Source: Candidatus Parvarchaeota archaeon (lineage in GTDB: Archaea > Nanobdellota > Nanobdellia > JAFCGN01). Taken from it: a stretch of DNA of 47,459 nt. Within the stretch, counting starts at the first letter, position 1. Every line of letters begins with the position of its first letter. The stretch lies in assembly GCA_017609105.1 (NCBI GenBank), contig JAFCEQ010000003.1, positions 1 to 47,459 on the forward strand, given 5' to 3'. Shown here in pieces: positions 1-9,523 of this stretch. The notes below the pieces were generated by a model, which had not been told where the DNA came from, ran no database searches, and saw only the letters and a program-made list of their open reading frames with translations. A program made the translations under genes and the position numbers.

Positions 1-72
1 GAAGAACTTAAAGAAATTGACAGAATAAAAAAAGAAATAGAAGAAAGACTTAAAGATCTTGAGAAAAACTAA
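1..72 (+). CDS. 3' end of a truncated CDS, coiled-coil C-terminus (possibly DUF5320-like)
   Basis: Frame +1 reads EELKEIDRIKKEIEERLKDLEKN* and stops at TAA 70-72. Confidence 0.6.
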   Translation, partial: EELKEIDRIKKEIEERLKDLEKN

Positions 73-109
73 TTAACTTCAATTGATTAAAAAAAATATG
101 GTGAAAAAA

Positions 110-496
110 ATGCCAGGATATGATGGAACAGGTCCTAGGGGAAGAGGTCCTATGACAGGAAGAGGATTAGGTTATTGCGTAAAAGACGAAAATGGAAATG
201 CAAAACACCTTCCCTCTCCTCTTGAGAATTTAACAGAATTAAGAAAGGAATTCTCAAAGCTTGAGAATCTTATTAGAAATGAAAAAGCAAGTGAAAACCA
301 AAAAGAACTTTACAATGAAATAGAAAAGGTGTTAGAATACTTTAACAAAACAAATCCCGTCAAAGAGGATGTGCAAGAACCAAGAGTGTATGGCAGGGGT
401 TTTAGAAGAGGACATGGTTTTGGAAGACAAACAGAAACAAATCCAAGAGGTTTAAGAAGGCCAAGAGATGGTAGAGGAAACTACTATCGTAATTAA
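110..496 (+). CDS. DUF5320 family protein
   Basis: N-terminal MPGYDGTGPRGRGPMTGRGLGYC motif. Start moved to ATG 110, after GGTGA at 100-104. Confidence 0.8.
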   Translation: MPGYDGTGPRGRGPMTGRGLGYCVKDENGNAKHLPSPLENLTELRKEFSKLENLIRNEKASENQKELYNEIEKVLEYFNKTNPVKEDVQEPRVYGRGFRRGHGFGRQTETNPRGLRRPRDGRGNYYRN

Positions 497-560
497 ACCT
501 TTTTTTATTTTTTTGAAACAAATAATAAAATAATTAAATATTTTACAATTATTTTTCTTT

Positions 561-953
561 ATGAAAGGCGTTTATGTTCTTTTAATAAACTTGGATAAAA
601 ACATAAAAATTAGGATTGGCTCCCTCGGATTTTTAAATTTTAAAAAAGGTTTGTATGCTTATGTTGGAAGTGCTCAAAATAATCTTGAAAAAAGAGTGCA
701 TAGGCATTTAAAAAAAGAAAAAAACTTCTATTGGCACATTGATTATTTTTTGCAAAAAGCAAGTGTTATTAAAATTTTTTATAAAAAAGCAAGAAAGGAG
801 GAGGAATGCAAAACTGCAGAAAAACTAAAAAAATGTTATAAACACATTCCCAAGTTTGGGTGCAGTGATTGTAAGTGCAAAAGCCACTTATTTATTGTAA
901 ATAAAGAAATAGACAAAATCCTTAATAATTGGCATATTATTTCAGATTTTTAA
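561..953 (+). CDS. GIY-YIG/Uri superfamily nuclease (DUF123-like)
   Basis: GVYVL...YAYVGSA...RVHRH...WHIDY...EC...FGCSDCKCKSHL. Confidence 0.85.
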   Translation: MKGVYVLLINLDKNIKIRIGSLGFLNFKKGLYAYVGSAQNNLEKRVHRHLKKEKNFYWHIDYFLQKASVIKIFYKKARKEEECKTAEKLKKCYKHIPKFGCSDCKCKSHLFIVNKEIDKILNNWHIISDF

Positions 954-1697
954 AAAATTTTTAATATATTTTCCCCAAATGTTTCTTGCTTGTTCTCTTG
1001 AATAATCAATGCTCACACCCGCATCTGGATAAAAAATCTTTGTTCCTTTTTCTTCAAACAATTTTCTTAATCTTTTTGATTCAAAAAGCGGTTTTAATTT
1101 TAATTGGAATTCATAGTTCTCAAATATTGCATTATCTTTTTTATCTCTATTATTTAATCTTTCCATGATTTCCTCAATATTTTTTATTGTAGGTATGATT
1201 AAAAAAGTAGGCGGATTATTCAAAGCTTTTTTATTGCCAGGAAGGTTTTTAACATAATTAAAAGTTATTTTTTTCTCTTTATTCAATTTTGCTTGCAATG
1301 GTTGGTATGTTAAAGAACTTACCACACTCCTGCTTTGCAAGACGTGTATCCCTTCTTTTCTTGCAGGAAGAATTATTTTTTCATAAAGAATAGACCTATT
1401 TAATGCGTAAGCATGCGCGATTTCCTCAGCAAGGTATTTTCCTTTATTTTTTTTGGATATGAGTTCATCTCTTATAATACTTCCTGATGGTTCATAAAAA
1501 GTCGGCTCGCTTAAGTAAATCACATTATAATCAAGCAATTCCTCTAATCCCGGGTGTTCTCTGTGTTTCTTCCAATAAGGGTGGATGTCCAAAAGTTTAA
1601 GTCCTGCTTTTCTTATTTCTTCAATTATTGTTTCTGCAAAAACGCCTTTACCCACCCCATCTAAACCATCAATAATTGTTTGCGTTCCATAACTCAT
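942..1697 (-). CDS. tmk: Thymidylate kinase-like protein (divergent)
   Basis: P-loop IDGLDGVGKG, SEP, SRSVVSSLTYQ, and FEN lid region. Confidence 0.75.
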   Translation of the reverse strand: MSYGTQTIIDGLDGVGKGVFAETIIEEIRKAGLKLLDIHPYWKKHREHPGLEELLDYNVIYLSEPTFYEPSGSIIRDELISKKNKGKYLAEEIAHAYALNRSILYEKIILPARKEGIHVLQSRSVVSSLTYQPLQAKLNKEKKITFNYVKNLPGNKKALNNPPTFLIIPTIKNIEEIMERLNNRDKKDNAIFENYEFQLKLKPLFESKRLRKLFEEKGTKIFYPDAGVSIDYSREQARNIWGKYIKNFLKI

Positions 1698-1833
1698 AAA
1701 ATCTTTAAAGAACTATTCTGCTTAATAAAGAATTAGATTATTTAAAATAAATAATTTAAAACAAGTTTTTATTAATTAATCGTTCTCAACAAAATACAAA
1801 CATTTTTTTAATCTTGTTTTATTATTCTTATGC

Positions 1834-2322
1834 ATGAAGTATATATTAATTGAAAGTTTTATGAATTCAAAAAAAAATTTGAAGGAATTATTTAATGATA
1901 ATCTTCTTGATTTAAAAAATCTTGAAAACAAAATTACGAATTCTTGGAGCAAGGAAACAAGCGTTTATAAGGATTATAACTCAAAAATTAAGAAGGGGTT
2001 TCCAAAATCTTATGGGCAATCTGAAGCAACTTCTTTAGTTTTAAATGAAGCACTTAATGAAAGGGGTTATGCTTCAAGAATTGTATGGATGAAATTAAAT
2101 GAACTGCCTCATTTCTTTAATGAAGTTATAATAGATTCTAAAAAAACTCAAATAGATTTAACAAGGGACGTGCTTTACTTTTTTTTGCCAAACGCTTCTT
2201 TACCTCCTGGAATTGAAAAAAAAGAATGTTTTGAAAACACAAAAGAATATTTGTTGTCCTTGCCAAGAGTTAGAAAAAAATATTTCAGATTAAAAAAAGC
2301 AATTAATAGTGAGCATTTCTAA
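1834..2322 (+). CDS. YunG-like / transglutaminase-like hypothetical protein
   Basis: SWSKETS...GQSEATSLV...HFFN...IDLT pattern. The start may be ATG 1861. Confidence 0.5.
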   Translation: MKYILIESFMNSKKNLKELFNDNLLDLKNLENKITNSWSKETSVYKDYNSKIKKGFPKSYGQSEATSLVLNEALNERGYASRIVWMKLNELPHFFNEVIIDSKKTQIDLTRDVLYFFLPNASLPPGIEKKECFENTKEYLLSLPRVRKKYFRLKKAINSEHF

Positions 2323-2417
2323 AACTTTTTTTTATTAATTCATTGAATGCTTTCTAAACATCTTAAATAAAAACTAAAAAAAATAATTACTAAAAAAAAA
2401 CTAATTTGCTCCTTGCA

Positions 2418-3170
2418 TTAATCATTTTCTACGCGTGGAGCTAAAATAAATTTTAAATCAAGCTTGTCAAGTGTTTTGAATTCTACTTGCAAAGGATAAT
2501 CTGTATTAAACTTTATTAAAACCTTGTCTGTTAGTTTGCTTGCTTTATTGAATTTATCTAAATATTCTATAGCATACTTTGCTTTAGCACTCACACTATG
2601 ATCAATGCTTATAAGTGCTGGAGAATCTGTTGTTAATTCTAATTTTGTTTCACTTACATCTCCTTTACCAATCATTTTAAAAACATTATCTTCAACATTA
2701 AAAACAACGCAATCACTTACCATGCTCGCATCTTTAATCCCATCCTTGAACGTGTTTGTTTCAATTTCTAATTTAACAGGGAATTCAAGGTCTGGAATCT
2801 TTTTTGGTGTTGAAACATCATTAAGTAATGGAACAACAAATTTTCTTGTGCTCGTGCTTTTCATTATTATTTCAAGAGCATTTTTATCCGGGTTTAACTC
2901 CAGGAACACTTGGTCTGTTACACCAGCTCTCTTAAGTATTTGAACTAAGTAATCAAGATTTAATGTAATCTGTTTTTCTCCTTCAATCTTGTAATCAACA
3001 AAAGCAGTGCTTAAAAGATTAAAAACAGCCATGCTCACGCTTGCTGGGTCCATAGCAACTAATTGCAAGCCATTACTATTTATTGTGAAAGTGCCTTCTG
3101 TCGCGAGAGAACTAATAGCATCTAAACTATCTCTTAATAAAGAAACATCTCCTAATATTGCTTTAAACAT
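2418..3170 (-). CDS. pcn: DNA polymerase sliding clamp PCNA
   Basis: 250 aa with LVAMDPASVSM and C-terminal FILAPRVE. Confidence 0.97.
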   Translation of the reverse strand: MFKAILGDVSLLRDSLDAISSLATEGTFTINSNGLQLVAMDPASVSMAVFNLLSTAFVDYKIEGEKQITLNLDYLVQILKRAGVTDQVFLELNPDKNALEIIMKSTSTRKFVVPLLNDVSTPKKIPDLEFPVKLEIETNTFKDGIKDASMVSDCVVFNVEDNVFKMIGKGDVSETKLELTTDSPALISIDHSVSAKAKYAIEYLDKFNKASKLTDKVLIKFNTDYPLQVEFKTLDKLDLKFILAPRVEND

Positions 3171-3333
3171 GAGAGTAAAAAGCTAACATCTTATTTTAAG
3201 CTTTTATATAATAAAAAAGAATAATTAAAATATAAAAAACAATAATTAAAAAAACACGAACAATAAGCATTTCTTGCTTCAAGTTTTTCCAAAAAAGCTG
3301 ATTCTTTTTTTATTTGTTCTTTTCTTTCTATGC

Positions 3334-3567
3334 TTATGCTCCTCTCATATCTCTTGGTTTCTTTAAAGTAACTAATCCAACCCATAATGCAAAAAAAGTT
3401 CCGAGAATAATGTTTGCAAAAACTGTTATGCTATCAGGAAGTGTAAATCCAATATCTACAAAATTATAAGAAGAATTCACAAAATAAAACCCGAATGCTC
3501 CTCCAACCAATCCTAACACAGGCACTAAAAATCTTAAAGTATCATCTAAATCTGCTTTTTTATTCAT
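3334..3567 (-). CDS. Small 2-TM membrane protein
   Basis: MNKKADLDD then two hydrophobic segments. GGTGA motif upstream. Confidence 0.7.
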   Translation of the reverse strand: MNKKADLDDTLRFLVPVLGLVGGAFGFYFVNSSYNFVDIGFTLPDSITVFANIILGTFFALWVGLVTLKKPRDMRGA

Positions 3568-3577
3568 TTTTTCACCT

Positions 3578-3811
3578 TTAACTAAAAGTGTCTAATTCAT
3601 TGTAATTTATTAAACAATGCAAAGCATTTATTATAAGTATGACTCCCCATATTAAAGTAATTGAAGGAATTTCAGGAACATCAATTGTTTTAATTCCTAA
3701 TACAAGAAGATTTGTTATAACCTCATATCCTCCAACAAGTATTAAAGACAAGCCAAACAATCTATAAAACATTGCCATTATATCATCAAAATCTGCTTTC
3801 TTGTTAAGCAT
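3578..3811 (-). CDS. Small 2-TM membrane protein, probable paralog of 3334-3567
   Basis: MLNKKADFDD then two hydrophobic segments. Same length (77 aa). Confidence 0.7.
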   Translation of the reverse strand: MLNKKADFDDIMAMFYRLFGLSLILVGGYEVITNLLVLGIKTIDVPEIPSITLIWGVILIINALHCLINYNELDTFS

Positions 3812-3880
3812 GAATATACAATATCTTTCTAAAATTTTAAATCTTTTGTTTTTTTAGAAGCATTAAATCTTTATTAAAAA

Positions 3881-4201
3881 TTAATGAATTAAACTTAAGT
3901 ATTTTTCATATAAACTTTCATCTAAGTTCTCCATTTCACTTGCGTTTTCTACTTTTATTTCAAACCCGTTTTCAAAAGGCATAACCACTCCATAAAAAAG
4001 GTATTTCTTGTTCGGAAAAAGTTTTGAAACAACACTTTTTTTTGAAATTATTATTACAATTTCTTCATCACCATCTTTTATTGTGCCTATGCCTGATTCA
4101 GAATCCAAATCAATTAAGTTTGCAACAACACTAACATACTTATCTTCTTTAGTTATGTCTTTTAAACGCTTCTCAACATGAGGTAATAATTTATATTTCA
4201 T
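3881..4201 (-). CDS. Single OB-fold protein, RPA14/RPA3-like small subunit
   Basis: PHVEKRLKDI..D..VSVV...IKDG...FYGVV...EIKVE...LDESLYEK resembles the archaeal small RPA subunit. Lies between tfs and pcn. Confidence 0.65.
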   Translation of the reverse strand: MKYKLLPHVEKRLKDITKEDKYVSVVANLIDLDSESGIGTIKDGDEEIVIIISKKSVVSKLFPNKKYLFYGVVMPFENGFEIKVENASEMENLDESLYEKYLSLIH

Positions 4202-4334
4202 TAATTATTAGTATGAATTAAACCCTTTTTAAGAATTATTAATTAGTTTAAATTAAACTCAAAAAGAATAAAAAGAGTTGCATAAGCAATTATTCTATGC
4301 AAAAGAACTTAACTAAGCGTTATTAATAAAAAAA

Positions 4335-4661
4335 TTAACCGTAATCCCTCCACCTATTACCGCATTTAGTGCATTTCAAGAATTTTGTTGGTGCTTCATC
4401 AGCAGCTCTTGTTTGAACAACCCAATAATAAGCTTTATTATTATTGCATTTTGAGCATTTTGTTGTTGTTATTGGAAGTTTTTCTTCTGCATCACTTACA
4501 ATGATTATCCTGTCCTTTTTTTCTCCTGAAACCTCAGTTATTTTTCCTTCTTCATGATAAAATCTTTTATCACATTTTTGACAATAAAGATAACGCTTCC
4601 CGCTCTTCCCTTTTTTAGGAACAAGAATGCTTGAACATTTAGGACAAAACATGTTAATCAA
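4335..4661 (-). CDS. tfs: Transcription elongation/cleavage factor TFS
   Basis: Two Zn ribbons and QTRAADEAPT acidic hairpin. Likely start at ATG 4652. Confidence 0.95.
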   Translation of the reverse strand: MINMFCPKCSSILVPKKGKSGKRYLYCQKCDKRFYHEEGKITEVSGEKKDRIIIVSDAEEKLPITTTKCSKCNNNKAYYWVVQTRAADEAPTKFLKCTKCGNRWRDYG

Positions 4662-4718
4662 CCATTTTTTTTAAAAAAATGCCTTTTAAATATTTTTCCA
4701 ATTATTAAATTAAAAAAA

Positions 4719-5294
4719 TTATAATCCGAAAACATTTTTTAATAACATTCTTGGAATGCCAATTAAAGGTATTTTTGCCACTGCTTTTCCAACAAGTTTA
4801 TCATAAGAAACATTCTGCTCAACTGAAAGCAAGCCAGGATTATTATCGCCGTGTGTTGTAAAAGTATTATTATCTAATTTAATAATTCTATGAATTATTG
4901 GTTCATCAAGGCCTGCGTTGAAAACAACAACATCCCCTACTTTTAATTCTGAAATATTTTTAATTGGTTTTATAATAACAGCATCACCAATATTAAGCCC
5001 TTTTTGAAAAGGCCAGGAATTAATTTCTTCAAGCGTGAAACCATTTTCTAAATACCATTGAGTGAAATCCCCTTTGTGAAGCATTGAACCGCTGAGAACG
5101 CTTGTTATATCTTTCAAACCAAAAACCCATAAAAAACCTGGAAAAAGAACGAACTTATAAATGAGATAAGTAAAAACTATGAAAAAAATATAACTCTGCA
5201 AAGTATTGTCTTCCCAATAAAATTTCCAAAATTTGCGGAAAAACTTTTTAAAAACTTCTTTAAACCTTATGATTAATTCAATACTTCTTGCCAT
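4719..5294 (-). CDS. sec11: Signal peptidase I (Sec11-type)
   Basis: TM segment, SGSM, GD, IIHR, GDNN motifs. Confidence 0.9.
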   Translation of the reverse strand: MARSIELIIRFKEVFKKFFRKFWKFYWEDNTLQSYIFFIVFTYLIYKFVLFPGFLWVFGLKDITSVLSGSMLHKGDFTQWYLENGFTLEEINSWPFQKGLNIGDAVIIKPIKNISELKVGDVVVFNAGLDEPIIHRIIKLDNNTFTTHGDNNPGLLSVEQNVSYDKLVGKAVAKIPLIGIPRMLLKNVFGL

Positions 5295-5352
5295 TTTTTA
5301 AGTAAAAATTAATTTGAATTAATAAAGTTGTTCATAAAAAATTCTTAATTTT

Positions 5353-5610
5353 TTACTCAAGTTTTATTGAACTAAACTCTTTAATTAAGGATTCTATGGT
5401 TTTTTTTAAAACAGTAACTGGTTTTCCTTTGTTTGTTTTTATTGTTAAAGTATAATTTTCAATTAAAGGATGCTCTTTTTCATATCCCGCGAATTCAACA
5501 CTCTTATCTTCAAGAAGTTTTGAAACAAGAAGATTAAGGATTGTCTCCTTTTTTCCTTTAATTAAGATAACTAATTCATTAGTTTCAGATGAAATAACTT
5601 CTAATTCCAT
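5353..5610 (-). CDS. rpoL: RNA polymerase subunit L (Rpo11)
   Basis: TILNLL...VEFAGYEKEHPL motif, 85 aa. Confidence 0.9.
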   Translation of the reverse strand: MELEVISSETNELVILIKGKKETILNLLVSKLLEDKSVEFAGYEKEHPLIENYTLTIKTNKGKPVTVLKKTIESLIKEFSSIKLE

Positions 5611-5708
5611 AAAGAAGAATTACAAAAAAATTAATTTAAAAAGTTTGTGATTTAATTATTAATTTATTAATTAATAATTTTAATTACAAAAACTTAAAAA
5701 CTTGTTTT

Positions 5709-6596
5709 TTGATTATTATTTTTATGTTGAAATCAATTTACGGAGAATTTGAGAAAAGTTTGAGAAAAAAATATTCTCAAAAAGAAGCTTTTGAAGAACT
5801 TAAAGAATATTCTACTTCAGAAAACATTGTTAGCAAATTAATAAAAAACAAAATAGTAAAAGATGAGAAAACATACTTAAAAGACCTTCATTCTTTTTTA
5901 ATTAAATACACTAAACACCAATTAAAAAATGAGTATTCTTCTGATAAAATTATCGCGCATTTAATTCAGGGTTTAGAAGATAGTGAAAAAATCGCTAATT
6001 TAATGTATGAAAGAGTAAGCGAACTCTTCAGCACTTATGATCCTGAAAAAGAAAAAGAATTAGAAAATATGAAAAAATTATCAGAGTACATAGTTAAAAA
6101 TGTTAAGCCAGGGAAGAACAAAAATGAGATGGGATGGGATTTAAACAAAGAAGAAATAATTATACTAAGAAAATTTGCTTCTGAATTACTTAATTATTTA
6201 AAATTTAAAGAAGAACTTGAGAAGTATATTGAAAGTTTAATGAAAAAATTTGCTCCGAATTTAACAATTGTTGCTGGCCCAATATTAGGAGCGAGATTAA
6301 TAAGCAATGCAGGAAGTCTTGAGAAATTAAGCAAGTTTCCGAGCAGCACGATTCAAGTTTTGGGTGCGGAAAAAGCGCTTTTCAGGCATTTGAAGAGCGG
6401 AGCAAAACCACCTAAACATGGTTTAGTTCTGCAACATCCTTTAGTTCTTTCAGCTGGTAAGAAAAAAGGAAAGGTTGCGAGAATGCTTGCAAGCAAGATA
6501 ATGATTGCTTGCAGAACAGATTATTTTAGTAAAGGGAAAAAAAAGATTGGAGAAAAATTATTGAATGAATTAAAAAATAAAATAAAAAACATTTAA
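5709..6596 (+). CDS. nop5: Box C/D RNP subunit Nop5 (Nop56/58)
   Basis: APNL...PSSTIQVLGAEKALFRHL...PPKHG. Adjacent to fibrillarin. Likely start at ATG 5724. Confidence 0.95.
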   Translation: MIIIFMLKSIYGEFEKSLRKKYSQKEAFEELKEYSTSENIVSKLIKNKIVKDEKTYLKDLHSFLIKYTKHQLKNEYSSDKIIAHLIQGLEDSEKIANLMYERVSELFSTYDPEKEKELENMKKLSEYIVKNVKPGKNKNEMGWDLNKEEIIILRKFASELLNYLKFKEELEKYIESLMKKFAPNLTIVAGPILGARLISNAGSLEKLSKFPSSTIQVLGAEKALFRHLKSGAKPPKHGLVLQHPLVLSAGKKKGKVARMLASKIMIACRTDYFSKGKKKIGEKLLNELKNKIKNI

Positions 6597-6610
6597 AAGG
6601 GATTAATGAA

Positions 6611-7282
6611 ATGAAAAAAAAATCAAAAAAGAATAAAGTAAGAATAAAAGAAGTTGAGTTCATTAAAGGCAGGATATACACTCATAATCTTGTTAAAGGG
6701 AATAGGGTTTATGGAGAAAAATTATTGAATAACGGGAAATTAAGAGAGTGGATTCCAAGAAGAAGTAAAATTGCTGCTGCAATAATGAAGGGAATTCAAA
6801 ATTTAGGAATAAAGAAAGGAAGCAAGGTTTTATATCTTGGTGCGGCAAGCGGGACTACTGCAAGTCATGTAAGCGATATTGTCGGAAAGGAAGGCGCTGT
6901 TTTCTGCATTGACATTGCTTACAGAGTTATCAGGGATTTAGTGCTTGTTTGCGAGAAAAGAAATAACATGTATCCTTTATTAGCAGATGCGAGCAATCCT
7001 GAAAAATATAGGGTTTTCTTCCCGAACGTGGATGTTGTTTATGAAGATGTTGCTTCAAAGAATCAAGCAGAGATTTTAATTAAAAATTGCGACTTGTTTT
7101 TAAAACCAGGTGGTTGGGCGGTTATTGCAGTTAAAGCAAGAAGCATTGATGTAACAAAGAAACCACAACAAATTTTTAATGAAATAGAAAAAAAGTTCAG
7201 AAAACATTTTACAATTATTGAAAAAACAAAATTAGAGCCTTATGAGAAAGACCACATGTTCTATGTGATGAAAAAAAAGTAA
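6611..7282 (+). CDS. flpA: Fibrillarin rRNA/tRNA 2'-O-methyltransferase
   Basis: VYGE, RSK, VLYLGAASGTTASHVSDIV, KARSID, LEPY. Confidence 0.97.
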   Translation: MKKKSKKNKVRIKEVEFIKGRIYTHNLVKGNRVYGEKLLNNGKLREWIPRRSKIAAAIMKGIQNLGIKKGSKVLYLGAASGTTASHVSDIVGKEGAVFCIDIAYRVIRDLVLVCEKRNNMYPLLADASNPEKYRVFFPNVDVVYEDVASKNQAEILIKNCDLFLKPGGWAVIAVKARSIDVTKKPQQIFNEIEKKFRKHFTIIEKTKLEPYEKDHMFYVMKKK

Positions 7283-7330
7283 GAATAAATTAAAAAATTG
7301 ATTAATCAATAATTAATAAGCACTCCTTGC

Positions 7331-9235
7331 TTACTCATTAATTCTTTTCTCAATCTTTTCTTTCATTTCTTTGATTAATTCATTTAATTTAACGCCGAAC
7401 TTGACTTTACCATCTCTTGTCCTCACTGCAAGAGTTTTATTCTTAACTTCTTTATCACCAATAACTATCATTAAAGGCACTTTCATTAACTGAGCTTTTC
7501 TTATGCGATACTCCACTGTTTCTTGAGAATCATCTAAAACGCAGTGCATTCCTTTTTTTCTTAATTCTTCAAAAATTTTTTTCGCATAATCCTTATGCCT
7601 GTCAGAAATAGGAATTATTCTTGTTTTCTCAGGCGCAAGCCATAAAGGAAAAGCACCTGCATAATTCTCAACAAGAATTGCCATAAACCTTTCAATAGCG
7701 CCTAAAACAACTCTGTGAATCATTACAGGCCTGTGCTTCTTATTATCATCGCCAATATAAGTTAAATCAAAGTTCTCAGGCAAAGCAAAATCCAATTGTA
7801 TTGTTCCGCACTGCCATGTTCTGCCAATAGCGTCCTTAAGATGAAAATCAATTTTAGGCCCGTAAAACGCGCCGTCCCCTTCATTTATTGTGTACTCCAT
7901 TCCAAGCTCGTTTAAAGCTTTAATTAAAGAAGTAGTTGCAATCTCCCATTGCTCATCAGTGCCAATGCTTTTCTCAGGTCTTGTGCTAATCTCAACATGA
8001 TCAAGAGGAACACCAAAAGTCTTATACATTCTAATAATTAAGTTAACAGTTTCTTTAATAACAGGCACGATTTGTTCCTCAGTCATAAAAATGTGCGCAT
8101 CGTCTTGCGTGAACCTTCGTACTCTAAAAAGCCCGCTTAAAACACCGCTTAATTCATGCCTGTGCACAACACCTATTTCAGCAACTTTTAAAGGAAACTC
8201 TTTATAAGAATGACTGTCCTCTTTATACACGAGCATTCCTCCAGGACAATTCATTGGTTTAACAGCATACTCTTTATCATCTATTTCCAAATAATACATG
8301 TTTTCTTTATAATGCTTGGAATGACCGCTGCGCACCCATAAATCAGCGCTTAATATTTGAGGAGTCATAATTATTCTGTAATTTAATTTATCATGCTCTT
8401 CCTGCCAATACTTCATTATATTATTCATTAAGAGCACACCATTATTCCTGAAAAAAGGCATGCCCGGTGCTTCAGGGTGAAAAGAGTAAAGCTTCAATTG
8501 CTTGCCTAACTTAATATGATTTCTTTTCTCTACTTCTTCAAGAAATTTCAAGTATTCATCAAGCATTTTCTTTTTTGGAAAACTAATGCCATAAATTCTC
8601 ATTAAAACTTTTCCATCACTCCTGCCTTTCCAATAAGCGCTTGAAGTTGAAAGCAGTTTAACTGCTTTCACATACCCTGTGTGCGGAACATGCGGGCCCC
8701 TGCACAAGTCCACAAATTTATTGTTATAATATAAGCTTGGCTTTACTTTTAATTCTTTAATTAATTCAAGTTTGAATTCATTATTCTTAAATAATTCTTG
8801 CGCTTTTTTCTTTGAAACCTCTTTTCTTTCAAAAGGTATTTTTTGTTTGATTATTTCTTTCATTTCTCCTTCAATCTTTTTTAAATCCTCTTTAGTGAAA
8901 GGCTTGTTAACAAGAAAATCATAATAAAAACCGTTTTCTATAGCAGGTCCTATCGCCATTTTAGCTTTAGGAAATAATTTAGTTACAGCCATTGCTAAGA
9001 TGTGAGCGCTTGAATGCCAAAAAACTTTTTTTCCTTCTTCATCTTTAAAAGTAAGAAACTTTAATTCACTATCAGAAGTTATAATTGTATTCAAATCTTT
9101 TAATTGATTATTTATGACACAAGCTAAAGCTTCTTTTGCAAATCTTGGATTAATTTTTTTTGCTATTTCATAACAACTCATGCCTGAATCAAATTTTCTT
9201 TCAGAATCATCAGGCAGTTTTATTTTAATTTTCAT
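7331..9235 (-). CDS. thrS: Threonine--tRNA ligase (bacterial-type, TGS + editing domain)
   Basis: HSSAH, DLCRGPH, KPMNCP, FTQDDAH, FYGPKID, WQCGTIQLDF. GGAGGTG upstream. Confidence 0.97.
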   Translation of the reverse strand: MKIKIKLPDDSERKFDSGMSCYEIAKKINPRFAKEALACVINNQLKDLNTIITSDSELKFLTFKDEEGKKVFWHSSAHILAMAVTKLFPKAKMAIGPAIENGFYYDFLVNKPFTKEDLKKIEGEMKEIIKQKIPFERKEVSKKKAQELFKNNEFKLELIKELKVKPSLYYNNKFVDLCRGPHVPHTGYVKAVKLLSTSSAYWKGRSDGKVLMRIYGISFPKKKMLDEYLKFLEEVEKRNHIKLGKQLKLYSFHPEAPGMPFFRNNGVLLMNNIMKYWQEEHDKLNYRIIMTPQILSADLWVRSGHSKHYKENMYYLEIDDKEYAVKPMNCPGGMLVYKEDSHSYKEFPLKVAEIGVVHRHELSGVLSGLFRVRRFTQDDAHIFMTEEQIVPVIKETVNLIIRMYKTFGVPLDHVEISTRPEKSIGTDEQWEIATTSLIKALNELGMEYTINEGDGAFYGPKIDFHLKDAIGRTWQCGTIQLDFALPENFDLTYIGDDNKKHRPVMIHRVVLGAIERFMAILVENYAGAFPLWLAPEKTRIIPISDRHKDYAKKIFEELRKKGMHCVLDDSQETVEYRIRKAQLMKVPLMIVIGDKEVKNKTLAVRTRDGKVKFGVKLNELIKEMKEKIEKRINE

Positions 9236-9523
9236 AAAAACGCACCTCCAATAAAAAGAATTATTTTGCTTAAAAACATTTTCTGATTATTTTTTAAAAA
9301 CAAGAAAAAATCATTAACACTAATTTTATTGCTAATTGGTCGGATAATTCCTTAAATTCATAAAAGAATATTAATTCAAAAACTCTTATAAATTTTTTGA
9401 TAAAAAAAATAAAGATTTTAGAATCACATAATAGTAATCTTTTTAATGAAGTATTAATTGTTTTAAATACAAATATTGACGTAATTTTTTAAAAAAATTG
9501 GGAAATTGTGAGGTGTTTTAAAA

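Noticed and set aside
3191-3385. 64-aa ORF upstream of pcn
   Set aside because: It overlaps the 3334-3567 gene out of frame, runs through the pcn promoter region and has no recognisable motif.
4278-4302. 7-bp inverted repeat ttgcata/tatgcaa between tfs and the OB-fold gene
   Set aside because: It is short and AT-rich, plausibly chance, with no second copy seen.
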